A DNA stretch of 64,000 nt from Bacteroidia bacterium (GTDB lineage: Bacteria; Bacteroidota; Bacteroidia; 2-12-FULL-35-15). This document shows, one piece after another, positions 45,542 through 54,160 of the stretch. The position numbers were made by a program, and so were the translations under genes. The DNA lies in contig JAGVJJ010000044.1 of NCBI GenBank assembly GCA_020051175.1, forward strand, positions 192,761-256,760, written 5' to 3'. Under the pieces are notes generated by a model. The model worked only from the letters and a program-made list of their open reading frames with translations. It did no database searches and was not told where the DNA came from. Each line of letters begins with the position of its first letter. Positions within the stretch are counted from its first letter, which is position 1.

Positions 45542-45706
45542 TTATTTTGTATTTTTTTTCTTTCTCTCCCGTTTTCTGCTGGGTGGGCCTTTAAAACCTT
45601 TTTCCTTGTTTTCACGGCTGTCCATATCATCCCTGATTTCAGGTTTGGGTTTCTTGCTTAGGCCCTGTTTACTTTGTTTGGTTGTTGTAGTTCTGGACGT
45701 TTTCAT
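45542..45706 (-). CDS. Unlisted small basic protein (54 aa, Lys/Arg/Thr-rich)
   Basis: Hand translation gives MKTSRTTTTKQSKQGLSKKPKPEIRDDMDSRENKEKGFKGPPSRKRERKKKNTK*. It is co-directional and fills the gap between two operon genes. It falls below the ORF-track length cutoff. Confidence 0.35.
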   Translation of the reverse strand: MKTSRTTTTKQSKQGLSKKPKPEIRDDMDSRENKEKGFKGPPSRKRERKKKNTK

Positions 45707-45722
45707 GTGTATTTGTTATTGG

Positions 45723-46163
45723 TTAATGTTGATTTCCTGAAGCTCGGCCCGAACCACCTGTAGTTCCTGAAACACCCTTGTTTTTTACTTCTGGGTTTTT
45801 AGTTATGTTTTGAGTAGATGAGGATGTTCCGCCCAAATCTGTCCCACTGCTTGACGTATTCATACCAGATGTTGTTGATGTCTGGTTTGTCATCTGGTTT
45901 ACATCCTGTTTGCTTCGGGTTTCGGTTCCCTGGTTTTCACTCATAAGGTTGGATTCCTCCGTTTCACCCTGCTTATTGAGTCCCATACTGCCTCCGGTTC
46001 TTGTGCTCGTATTCGAGCCCGAGTTGTATTTTGTAGGATCATTTACATCGCCCTCAGTAGTTTCTGAATTAGAATCTTTAGTGTTATCATTGCTTTCGCA
46101 GCTGGTAAGTGCAAGGGTGCCAGTAAAAGCAAAGGCAAATAAAAATTTGAATAGTGTTTTCAT
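45723..46163 (-). CDS. Ser/Thr/Asn/Gly-rich low-complexity lipoprotein
   Basis: The start was trimmed to MKTLFKFLFAFAFTGTLALTSC (lipobox). The rest is polar low-complexity sequence with no hydrophobic core. Confidence 0.5.
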   Translation of the reverse strand: MKTLFKFLFAFAFTGTLALTSCESNDNTKDSNSETTEGDVNDPTKYNSGSNTSTRTGGSMGLNKQGETEESNLMSENQGTETRSKQDVNQMTNQTSTTSGMNTSSSGTDLGGTSSSTQNITKNPEVKNKGVSGTTGGSGRASGNQH

Positions 46164-46346
46164 CGTCATTTTAGTTTATTGATAGATATTTATTTGTTAG
46201 TACTTGTAATCTGGATAAAATTGTGTACCACTTTGGGATTGTTGTAAATTCATTTTTTTGTCCACAGGATTACCCATATCGGATTTTTTGCTGTTGGGTA
46301 GATAATTTAACCAGTTTTGTATTTATGTTAAATTTGTGTTGTTTGA

Positions 46347-46919
46347 ATGATAACTAATGAAAATGCAAGGAGGATTTTTCTTGCAGTTGAACCACCTGTT
46401 GGGGTAAAAGAATTGGTAGAAACGCTGAAAGGTCATATTCCTATCCATCAATCGCTGAAATGGATGAGATTCTACAACATTCATCTAACAGTTTATTTTA
46501 TTGGAAATATTGATACAGTTCATTATCATGAAATCGTTGAAGAATGTGCATTTGTTTTTTCTTCTGTTGGCTCCTTCCGGTTGGAATTTGACAAAATAGT
46601 TCAGATGCCATCAGTTAAACCACGTATGATTTGGGCTCGCTACAAGGTTTCGGATGAGTTTACCTTTTTATACCATCAACTTCACGAAAGGCTGAAACCA
46701 TACTTGAAAAGCAGCGCATACGTATATGACAAGCCTGTGCCGCATATAACGCTTGCCCGGTTTCATGGTTTTAAATCGGATATTTTTTCAGATGTGTTTG
46801 AAAATTTGTTATTGCCTGATATGCATATCAGCAAAGTGGGTATCTGGGAAACAGTAAATAAGAATGGTCAGAGCGATTATGTTCAGAATAATGAGATGTT
46901 TTATTTAACCGTCCCTTAG
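46347..46919 (+). CDS. 2H phosphoesterase superfamily protein (ThpR/LigT-like RNA 2',3'-cyclic phosphodiesterase)
   Basis: It has two H-x-T-x motifs at the expected spacing, HLTVYFIG and HITLARF, and begins RIFLAVEPP. Confidence 0.65.
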   Translation: MITNENARRIFLAVEPPVGVKELVETLKGHIPIHQSLKWMRFYNIHLTVYFIGNIDTVHYHEIVEECAFVFSSVGSFRLEFDKIVQMPSVKPRMIWARYKVSDEFTFLYHQLHERLKPYLKSSAYVYDKPVPHITLARFHGFKSDIFSDVFENLLLPDMHISKVGIWETVNKNGQSDYVQNNEMFYLTVP

Positions 46920-46996
46920 AATAATTGTTCCTTATTATATTCTGGCAGGCACGAAATTGTTCACTAATCTTTTTAAATACAATTTAAACGATTCGA

Positions 46997-47296
46997 ATGG
47001 CAACTTTTAATGAACTAATAAACTCTGATCAGCCTGTATTGGTTGATTTTTATGCGGAGTGGTGTGAACCATGTAAAATGATGGCTCCGGTATTAAAGGA
47101 AGTAATTTCCAAACTGAACGGGAAAGCAAAAATCCTGAAGGTTGATGTAGACAAAAACAGGTCAGCTGCTGAAAAGTATGGGATACGGTCTGTCCCCACA
47201 CTAATAATTTTTAAGAAGGGGCAGATTAAGTGGCAGCAGGCAGGAGTAGTACCCGGACATCAGCTTGTGAAAGCACTGGAAATGTTTATTAACTAA
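46997..47296 (+). CDS. trxA: Thioredoxin
   Basis: VLVDFYAEWCEPCKMMAP...GIRSVPTLIIFKKGQ. The active site is WCEPC, a variant of WCGPC. Confidence 0.85.
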   Translation: MATFNELINSDQPVLVDFYAEWCEPCKMMAPVLKEVISKLNGKAKILKVDVDKNRSAAEKYGIRSVPTLIIFKKGQIKWQQAGVVPGHQLVKALEMFIN

Positions 47297-47421
47297 AATT
47301 TTTAGGCTGTGGATTATTGGGTTAAATTTGCATGATAGTATATATGTATCGTAATCATGCACTTCATGGATTGAAAGGTGGTTTCAACCTCTAAGCCTGA
47401 ATGCTTAAATGTTTAGTTGGA

Positions 47422-47856
47422 ATGAAAAAGGGGAATGTTTTTGAGAAAATTGCACGCGGTGCTACTGTATTTGCCGGTAGTACCTTAGCTTTCATTATGG
47501 CCATATCAGTTATACTCGCCTGGGTAATTTCCGGACCGATATTTAATTATTCGGATACCTGGCAACTGGTTATTAATACGAGTACTACCATTGTAACGTT
47601 TTTAATGGTTTTTCTTATTCAGAGAGCGCAAAATAAGGATTCCAAAGCGGTACATTTAAAGCTGAATGAGCTTGTTGCTTCTCTCAAAGGACCAAGTAAC
47701 CGCCTTATTGATGTTGAGGATTTAAACGAAGAAGAGCTGGAGACATTGAGTCGCTACTATAGAACCCTGGCGAAAATGGCAAAGAAAGAAAAGGATCTTT
47801 CCCAATCGCATTCAATCGAAGAAGCTGAAGAGCTTCATAAAAAGAAATACTTGTAA
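47422..47856 (+). CDS. Low-affinity iron permease family protein
   Basis: The start was trimmed to the ATG at 47422. It has two TM helices and the segment SDTWQLVINTSTTIVTFLMVFLIQRAQNKDSKAVHLKLNELV, typical of this family. Confidence 0.7.
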   Translation: MKKGNVFEKIARGATVFAGSTLAFIMAISVILAWVISGPIFNYSDTWQLVINTSTTIVTFLMVFLIQRAQNKDSKAVHLKLNELVASLKGPSNRLIDVEDLNEEELETLSRYYRTLAKMAKKEKDLSQSHSIEEAEELHKKKYL

Positions 47857-47877
47857 TTCCATTTTCCGGAATTTTTT
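47855..47877 (+). terminator. Weak rho-independent terminator
   Basis: A 6-bp stem AATTCC/GGAATT with a 7-nt loop, followed by a T-run. Confidence 0.4.
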
Positions 47878-47924
47878 GAGTGATTTCAAATTTTGTATTA
47901 GTTATTGATCCAGAAATCCCTGTT

Positions 47925-48818
47925 ATGTGTAGAATTTTTATCCCAGTACTGCTTTGCATCACTTTACATTCGTATGCACAAACAGCGGGCACAACAAGCG
48001 TTGAGTATACCAATGAAATTGACGCATGGCATCAAAAGCGCGTAAGTTCATTAAAAAGTGAAAATGGCTGGTTAAATGTTAGTGGTTTGTACTGGCTGAA
48101 GGAAGGGACAAATACATTGGGCAGCGGTGCTGCAAATGATATTGTTTTTCCTGCTGGAAGGGCTGATGAAAAAATTGGAGAGGTTATTTTGAAAGACAGC
48201 ATTGTAAGTGTTCGGTTTTATGAAGGGGTAAATGTAACTACCAATGGTTTGTTGTTTAAGGAGGGGGTGATATATGGGGGCAGTAAGGAAAAGCCGGTTA
48301 TCCTGTCGCATAGAAACCTGAGGTGGTTTATAATTAAACGGGGTAACAAATACGGGATCCGTTTAAGGGATTTGGAAAGCGAGTCGCTGAAAAATTTTAC
48401 TCATATCGATCGGTATGCTGTGGATAAGAAATGGCAGGTTCTTGCTACGTATGAAGCGCCCCGTGAGAACCAGACAATCCCAATTCATGATGTTATAGGA
48501 TTAACAACTGCGACTCCGTTCGGAGGAACTTTGCATTTTGAAATTGAGGGCAAAAAGTACAAGCTGGATGCTACTCTTGAGGGCGATGACCTGTTTATTG
48601 TTTTTTCGGATTCGACCAATGGTCATGAAACATACGGTGGTGGCAGGTTTTTGTATGCAAAAAGGCCTGTTGAGGGAAACACAGTTGCTCTTGATTTTAA
48701 TAAAGCTTATAATCCACCCTGTTGTTTTACCAATTATGCTACCTGCCCTTTGCCACCGGTTCAGAACAGGCTTTCAGTAGCAGTAACTGCTGGTGAAAAG
48801 GTATATGGACATCATTAA
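47925..48818 (+). CDS. DUF1684 domain protein
   Basis: The start was trimmed to the ATG at 47925 (signal peptide). Motifs are WHQKRVSSLKSENGWLNVSGLYWL...NLRWFIIKRGNKYGIRLRD...AYNPPCCFTNYATCPLPP. Confidence 0.75.
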   Translation: MCRIFIPVLLCITLHSYAQTAGTTSVEYTNEIDAWHQKRVSSLKSENGWLNVSGLYWLKEGTNTLGSGAANDIVFPAGRADEKIGEVILKDSIVSVRFYEGVNVTTNGLLFKEGVIYGGSKEKPVILSHRNLRWFIIKRGNKYGIRLRDLESESLKNFTHIDRYAVDKKWQVLATYEAPRENQTIPIHDVIGLTTATPFGGTLHFEIEGKKYKLDATLEGDDLFIVFSDSTNGHETYGGGRFLYAKRPVEGNTVALDFNKAYNPPCCFTNYATCPLPPVQNRLSVAVTAGEKVYGHH

Positions 48819-48831
48819 TGCATACGTTCGA

Positions 48832-49086
48832 ATGAAACAGAATATTACTTATCCTCAATACCGTAAGTATCCGCACGGCAGAACCTACTTTAAAATTATT
48901 TCTGAATCAGAGTGGGAGGAGGTACAGATTATGGGCAGCCGGTACACCATACAGCAATTTAAAGCAACTATTTTGCCCGACAGGAATTATATCTACGACC
49001 TTACCTTTGATTTTAAGAACAATTGGATTGAAATTGATGCAGAAGAATATGAGGAGATAAAAAGAAAAGCATTAGAAGCAATGTAA
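48832..49086 (+). CDS. Hypothetical small protein
   Basis: The start was trimmed to the ATG at 48832, after the upstream stop. I recognise no family. Confidence 0.4.
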   Translation: MKQNITYPQYRKYPHGRTYFKIISESEWEEVQIMGSRYTIQQFKATILPDRNYIYDLTFDFKNNWIEIDAEEYEEIKRKALEAM

Positions 49087-49092
49087 AAAAAC

Positions 49093-49125
49093 AAAAAAGC
49101 AGCCGGTAAAACCGGCTGCTTTTGT
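49093..49125. terminator. Bidirectional rho-independent terminator
   Basis: A perfect 13-bp palindrome AAAAGCAGCCGGT-AAA-ACCGGCTGCTTTT (49095-49123) flanked by an A-run and a T-run. It lies between convergent genes. Confidence 0.85.
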
Positions 49126-49152
49126 TAGGATTGATATTAAAATGTTTTTCTC

Positions 49153-51207
49153 TTACCAGATTTCCGCTCTTTGTTCTTTAGGGCGGTACATTTTGTCTCC
49201 CTCTTTTACGCCAAACGCTTCGTAAAATTCAGGCATGTTGGTTAAAGGCCCATTACCACGGAAATTACCCGGGGAGTGCGGGTTGGTCTGTATCATGTTT
49301 TTTAAGTATTCAGGTCGCATATTGCCTCTCCAGCCCTGTGCCCACGACATAAAGAAACGTTGCTCAGCTGTAAACCCGTCAATTTTTTCAGGGGCAGGTT
49401 TGCCCTCCATTGACTTTTTCAACGCATAATAAGCAATGGTTAAACCGCCCAAATCAGCAATGTTTTCACCCAATGTAAGCTCTCCATTCACATGCATGCC
49501 GTCAATCGCATCATAATCATTGAATTGTTTAACAAGCATAGCCGTTTTTTCTTTAAATTTTTTCAAATCTTCTTCTGTCCACCAGTTTTTTAAGTTGCCA
49601 TCTGCATCAAACTGAGCGCCCTGGTCATCAAATCCGTGTGTTAGTTCATGTCCGATAATTGCGCCCATACAGCCGTAATTTACAGCATCATCTGCATCGG
49701 GGTTAAAGAAAACCGGCTGCATGATCCCTGCAGGAAACACAATCTCATTCATGGATGGGTTATAATAAGCATTGATTGTAGGTGCCGTCATTCCCCATTC
49801 TGCCCTGTCAATTGGTTTCCCTAACTTGTTAATCATTTCTTTAAACAAGTAGTTGTTGGCGCGCAGGTAATTTTGCACATACGAATCTTCTTTTATCTCC
49901 AGTGTGGAATAATCTCTCCATTTATCAGGATATCCGAATTTTTTCATCACTTTATCCAGCTTCGCGTATGCCTGTGTTTTTGTAGCTTCACTCATCCAGT
50001 CGCGCGTACGGATACGTTCTTTGTAAGCAACAATAAGGTTTTCTACCATTTGTGCAACGCGTTTTTTGCTTTCTTCAGAAAAATATTTTTCTACGAAAAG
50101 TTGTCCCAACGCATCGCCAAGGGACTCATCGGTGGCTTTTAAAGCACGTTTCCAGCGTGGTTTTATAGTAGGGGTACCTTCTATTATTGTTCCATTGAAT
50201 TTAAAATCTTCCTTTACAAAATCATCGCTTAGCTTATCTGCAGTCTGATCGATCAATGTCCAACGCAGGTAAGTTTTCCAGTTTTTTACAGGCACTTCAT
50301 CAAATGAATGATAGATTTCTTTAAAAAACTCAGGTTGACAAACAATAACATCGTAAACCTTTTCCACACCTACTTCCTCAAGGTAAGTCATCCAGTTAAT
50401 ATTGGGAGTAAGAGCTGCCAGTTCCTGATATGTTTTTTTGTTGTATTGTTTTTCAGGATCGCGCAATTCAACATTGGTCATGGATGCTTTTGCAAGCCTT
50501 GTTTCAATTTCAAAAACAACTTCGGCATTTTTCTTTGCTTTTCTTTTCTTGTCACCCAGGAGCATGAACATATTTACAAGATGTTCTTTATAAGCTTTTT
50601 GAATATTCAGTGTTCGCTCATCTTTATTGGTATAGTAGTCCCTGTCAGGCAAACCGAGCCCGCCCTGGTACAATTGTGGTATGTATAAGGTACTTATTTT
50701 AGGATCCTGGCCTACGTACCCGATAAATAACGCGGAGATACCTATGGAATGAAGGTGGGCCACTTCTTTGATTACGTCATCTTTGGTTTTTATTTTGGCA
50801 ATAGCATCAAATTCCTCTTTCAAGGGGTTTGCTCTTTCCCTGTTTAGTTTTACAGAATCCATCGCCAGGGAATAGAAGTCGCCTATTTTTTGTTTGTTGC
50901 TGCCATTTGGTGCTTTTTTATCAGCTGCAGCAGCCTCTAAAATTGTTTTAAGCTTGGCTGTGTTTTTATCGTTAAGCTCATTGAAGCTTCCCCAGCGGCT
51001 TTCTGAGGCAGGCACAGGGTTGTTTTTTATCCAGTTGCCATTCACAAACTGATAAAAATCTTCCGTAGGTTTTACCGATTTGTCTATATTTTTTACTTCG
51101 ATACCGGCAACTGGTTGCGGATCGCTCTCTTTTTTTGTCTCGCCTTGCCAGGAAATAAATATCATTGCGCCTGCTAAGACAGATAAATGTAATACGTGCT
51201 TATTCAT
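49153..51207 (-). CDS. pepO: M13 family metallopeptidase (PepO / endothelin-converting-enzyme-like)
   Basis: Zinc site GAIIGHELTHGFD with a downstream GENIADLGG. The length and signal peptide are typical. Confidence 0.9.
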   Translation of the reverse strand: MNKHVLHLSVLAGAMIFISWQGETKKESDPQPVAGIEVKNIDKSVKPTEDFYQFVNGNWIKNNPVPASESRWGSFNELNDKNTAKLKTILEAAAADKKAPNGSNKQKIGDFYSLAMDSVKLNRERANPLKEEFDAIAKIKTKDDVIKEVAHLHSIGISALFIGYVGQDPKISTLYIPQLYQGGLGLPDRDYYTNKDERTLNIQKAYKEHLVNMFMLLGDKKRKAKKNAEVVFEIETRLAKASMTNVELRDPEKQYNKKTYQELAALTPNINWMTYLEEVGVEKVYDVIVCQPEFFKEIYHSFDEVPVKNWKTYLRWTLIDQTADKLSDDFVKEDFKFNGTIIEGTPTIKPRWKRALKATDESLGDALGQLFVEKYFSEESKKRVAQMVENLIVAYKERIRTRDWMSEATKTQAYAKLDKVMKKFGYPDKWRDYSTLEIKEDSYVQNYLRANNYLFKEMINKLGKPIDRAEWGMTAPTINAYYNPSMNEIVFPAGIMQPVFFNPDADDAVNYGCMGAIIGHELTHGFDDQGAQFDADGNLKNWWTEEDLKKFKEKTAMLVKQFNDYDAIDGMHVNGELTLGENIADLGGLTIAYYALKKSMEGKPAPEKIDGFTAEQRFFMSWAQGWRGNMRPEYLKNMIQTNPHSPGNFRGNGPLTNMPEFYEAFGVKEGDKMYRPKEQRAEIW

Positions 51208-51354
51208 GTTTTTTAAAAATTTGAATAACGAATTTAAAATAAAATATTTGATATATCAAAAGAATTTTTGTTAAAAATATCAAAGTGCTAATTTACAAAG
51301 AGTTTTGGAATGTATGCCGCACTATTTATTTAAATATGCACGCTGAAATTATTG

Positions 51355-51362
51355 TATTTTTG
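51355..51362 (+). promoter_or_regulatory. Candidate -7 box TATTTTTG
   Basis: It fits TAnnTTTG and ends 31 nt upstream of the ATG at 51393. Confidence 0.3.
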
Positions 51363-51392
51363 TTTGGAAAATAAAACTGATTTCACCTCGCG

Positions 51393-53180
51393 ATGCCAAA
51401 TTTGTCAGCCGTTATTATAACGTTTAATGAAGAGCGGAATATCGGCCGCTGTCTTGACTCCCTGGCAGGCGTGGTTGATGATATTGTTGTTGTAGACTCT
51501 TTTTCAACAGATCGCACGGAAGAAATATGTACATCCAAGGGGGCGCGATTTATTCAGCATAAATTTGAAGGACATATTGAACAGAAGAACTGGGCTATCA
51601 CACAGGCCATTTATCCCCATGTTTTGTCACTGGATGCTGATGAAGCTCTGGATGAACAATTGAAAAAATCCATACTTGAAATAAAAAATGACTGGAAGCA
51701 CGATGGATATTACATGAACCGCTTAACCAATTATTGCGGAAAATGGATTTACCATTGTGGCTGGTACCCTGATACCAAGCTGCGTTTGTGGGATAGCCGT
51801 AAAGGCAACTGGGGTGGCACCAATCCACACGATAAATATGATTTATTTGAGGGGGATAAGAATACCGCATTTTTAAAAGGTAATATTCTACATTACAGCT
51901 ATTATACTACAGACGATCATTATAAGCAGGTGTATTATTTCACCGAGATACTTGCAACGGCTCAGTATAAGGAAGGCAAAACGGCTTCGGCTCTTCAGCT
52001 TTATATGAGTCCTGTTGTAAAGTTTTTGCGGGATTATATAGTTAAGCTTGGAATACTTGACGGAGCTGCCGGATTTGATGTGAGCCGTATTTCGGCTTAT
52101 GCAACATATTTAAAATACAAACAGCTAAGGGCCTTGAACGTATCAAATGGTGCAAGTACAAGGGATGTTTACAAGCGGATCATCATAAGCCGTACAGATG
52201 CCATTGGTGACGTTATTCTTACTTTACCTTTGTGTGGTCTTATAAAAAAATATTTTCCGGAGACGGAAATTGTCTTTCTTGGAAAAACGTATACTCATCC
52301 TGTAATCAGCTGTTGTGCGCATGTTGATGAGTTTTTGAACTCGGATGATTTGCTGAAATTATCGGATACAGAAGCCATTGGACGCCTGCGTTCACTGAAG
52401 GCTGATGCAATCATACATGTGTTCCCTGATAAGCGCATTGCAAAGCTGGCAAAAAGGGCGGGTATTGCAACCCGCATAGGTACACGCAACCGTTTGTTTC
52501 ATTGGGGGACCGTGAATAAGCTTGTGCGCTTAAGTCGTAAGAATTCTGATTTGCATGAAGCTCAATTGAACTGTCTGCTGTTGGCCGGATTGGGAATTAA
52601 ACGAGTTCCCGGCTTGAAAGAGCTGGCTGGTTTTACCGGGTTTACAAAAGTTAAGGAATCTTCTCCGGGAATTTTAAACCTCCTGGATAAAAATAAGATA
52701 AATGTCATCCTTCACCCGAAGTCCAACGCGAGTGCGCGTGAGTGGGGCCTGCAGAATTTTAAAGGCTTAATTCAACTTTTGCCTGCAGATACTTTCCGGA
52801 TTTTTATCAGCGGTACTTCTAAAGAACAGGCTTTGCTTGCCGACTGGTTAAAGGAGCTGCCATCGCATGTAGTTGACATTACAGGTAAGTTATCGCTGGA
52901 TGAGTTTATAACATTTATAAGTAAGGCAGACTATCTTGTTGCAGCAAGTACTGGTCCTTTGCATATTGCCGCTGCAAGCGGGGCTGGTGCAATCGGTATT
53001 TACCCTCCTATACGACCTATGCACCCCGGACGTTGGCGACCTATTGGAAAAAGGGCCGCTGTTGCATGTGTAAATAAATCCTGCGGTGACTGTAGAAATC
53101 AGCCGCAGCAATGCCATTGTATGAATGAAATTACTCCGGTACAAATTGCTGAATTAATAAAAAAAGATGGCATCAGATAA
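51393..53180 (+). CDS. Bifunctional glycosyltransferase: family 2 (N-terminal) fused to family 9 heptosyltransferase-like (C-terminal)
   Basis: N-terminus: LSAVIITFNEERNIGRCLDS...DSFSTDRT...LDADE (GT2 DxD). C-terminus: RIIISRTDAIGDVILTLPLCGLIKKYFP...HPKSNASAREW...STGPLHIAAA (GT9). Confidence 0.8.
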   Translation: MPNLSAVIITFNEERNIGRCLDSLAGVVDDIVVVDSFSTDRTEEICTSKGARFIQHKFEGHIEQKNWAITQAIYPHVLSLDADEALDEQLKKSILEIKNDWKHDGYYMNRLTNYCGKWIYHCGWYPDTKLRLWDSRKGNWGGTNPHDKYDLFEGDKNTAFLKGNILHYSYYTTDDHYKQVYYFTEILATAQYKEGKTASALQLYMSPVVKFLRDYIVKLGILDGAAGFDVSRISAYATYLKYKQLRALNVSNGASTRDVYKRIIISRTDAIGDVILTLPLCGLIKKYFPETEIVFLGKTYTHPVISCCAHVDEFLNSDDLLKLSDTEAIGRLRSLKADAIIHVFPDKRIAKLAKRAGIATRIGTRNRLFHWGTVNKLVRLSRKNSDLHEAQLNCLLLAGLGIKRVPGLKELAGFTGFTKVKESSPGILNLLDKNKINVILHPKSNASAREWGLQNFKGLIQLLPADTFRIFISGTSKEQALLADWLKELPSHVVDITGKLSLDEFITFISKADYLVAASTGPLHIAAASGAGAIGIYPPIRPMHPGRWRPIGKRAAVACVNKSCGDCRNQPQQCHCMNEITPVQIAELIKKDGIR

Positions 53181-54153
53181 ACGTTCAATATCTGTTGTAA
53201 TCCCTAATTACAATGGAAAGCACTTACTGGAAGCAAATCTGCCTTCCGTAATTGCTGCGCTGCAAGCCATACAAACGGAACATGAAATTATTGTTGTGGA
53301 TGATGCATCCTCAGATGGTTCCGTGAAATTTCTGCAGAAAGATTTTCCCCAGGTGAAATTGTTGGTGCATGAGTATAATAAAGGATTTGCCCCAACCATG
53401 AACAAAGGGATTTTTGAAGCCAGATATGATTTGGTGCTGGCCCTGAATTCAGATGTTGCGCTCAGTGCCGATTACTTTAAGGAACAATTGAAATATTTCG
53501 GGAAGACAGACACATTTGGTGTGATGGGTAGAATAGTTGACCACAGCGGTACACAGCTGCAGGATGCAGCCAAATTGCCTAAGGTGAGCTTTAAAGGAAT
53601 CAAAGGGACATACAATTATATCCCGGAAGCTTTGCCTGTGCCCACATGGCTTCCCAGTTTTTTCCTTTCGGGTGCGAATGCTTTGATGGATAGAAAGAAA
53701 TTGCTTGAGCTGAACGGCTTTGATGAGATTTATGCGCCTTTTTATTTTGAAGATGCAGACCTTGGGATAAGGGCCTGGAGGGTGGGGTGGAAGTGCTACT
53801 TTGAACCTGCCTCTGTTTGTATGCATGAGCTATCATCTACTATCAGTAAGTTAAAATCTCAAAAGGTAAAGACAATTATTGAACGTAACCGTATACAATT
53901 CAACTATCTTCATTTGTCAGGCACACAGCTGTTTTTATTCAAGCGTTGGTGCTGGCTGCGTTCTGTTGGGCGACTGTTAAAAGGCGATATCACAAGCTAT
54001 AAAGCGCTGCAACTTGTAGACAAAGCTGATCTTGAGCGCTCAAAACTTGCATTGCGGCAATTGCAGCAGAAGAATAACGTGTTTAATTCGATTGGAGATG
54101 TGGAACGTCTGATTTTGAAAAGCATTAGTGCTATTCCGTACAGGATATTTTAA
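53167..54153 (+). CDS. Glycosyltransferase family 2
   Basis: ISVVIPNYNGKHLLE...IIVVDDASSDGS...LNSDV...YFEDADLGIRAW. The start overlaps the upstream gene by 14 nt. Confidence 0.8.
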   Translation: MASDKRSISVVIPNYNGKHLLEANLPSVIAALQAIQTEHEIIVVDDASSDGSVKFLQKDFPQVKLLVHEYNKGFAPTMNKGIFEARYDLVLALNSDVALSADYFKEQLKYFGKTDTFGVMGRIVDHSGTQLQDAAKLPKVSFKGIKGTYNYIPEALPVPTWLPSFFLSGANALMDRKKLLELNGFDEIYAPFYFEDADLGIRAWRVGWKCYFEPASVCMHELSSTISKLKSQKVKTIIERNRIQFNYLHLSGTQLFLFKRWCWLRSVGRLLKGDITSYKALQLVDKADLERSKLALRQLQQKNNVFNSIGDVERLILKSISAIPYRIF

Positions 54154-54160
54154 GATTGCA

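Noticed and set aside
45525-45740. Plus-strand 71-aa ORF (MPTSVTYFVFFFFLSRFLL...)
   Set aside because: It runs opposite to the operon and has a Phe/Leu-rich composition typical of the antisense of a Lys-rich gene. I preferred the minus-strand 54-codon ORF at 45542-45706.
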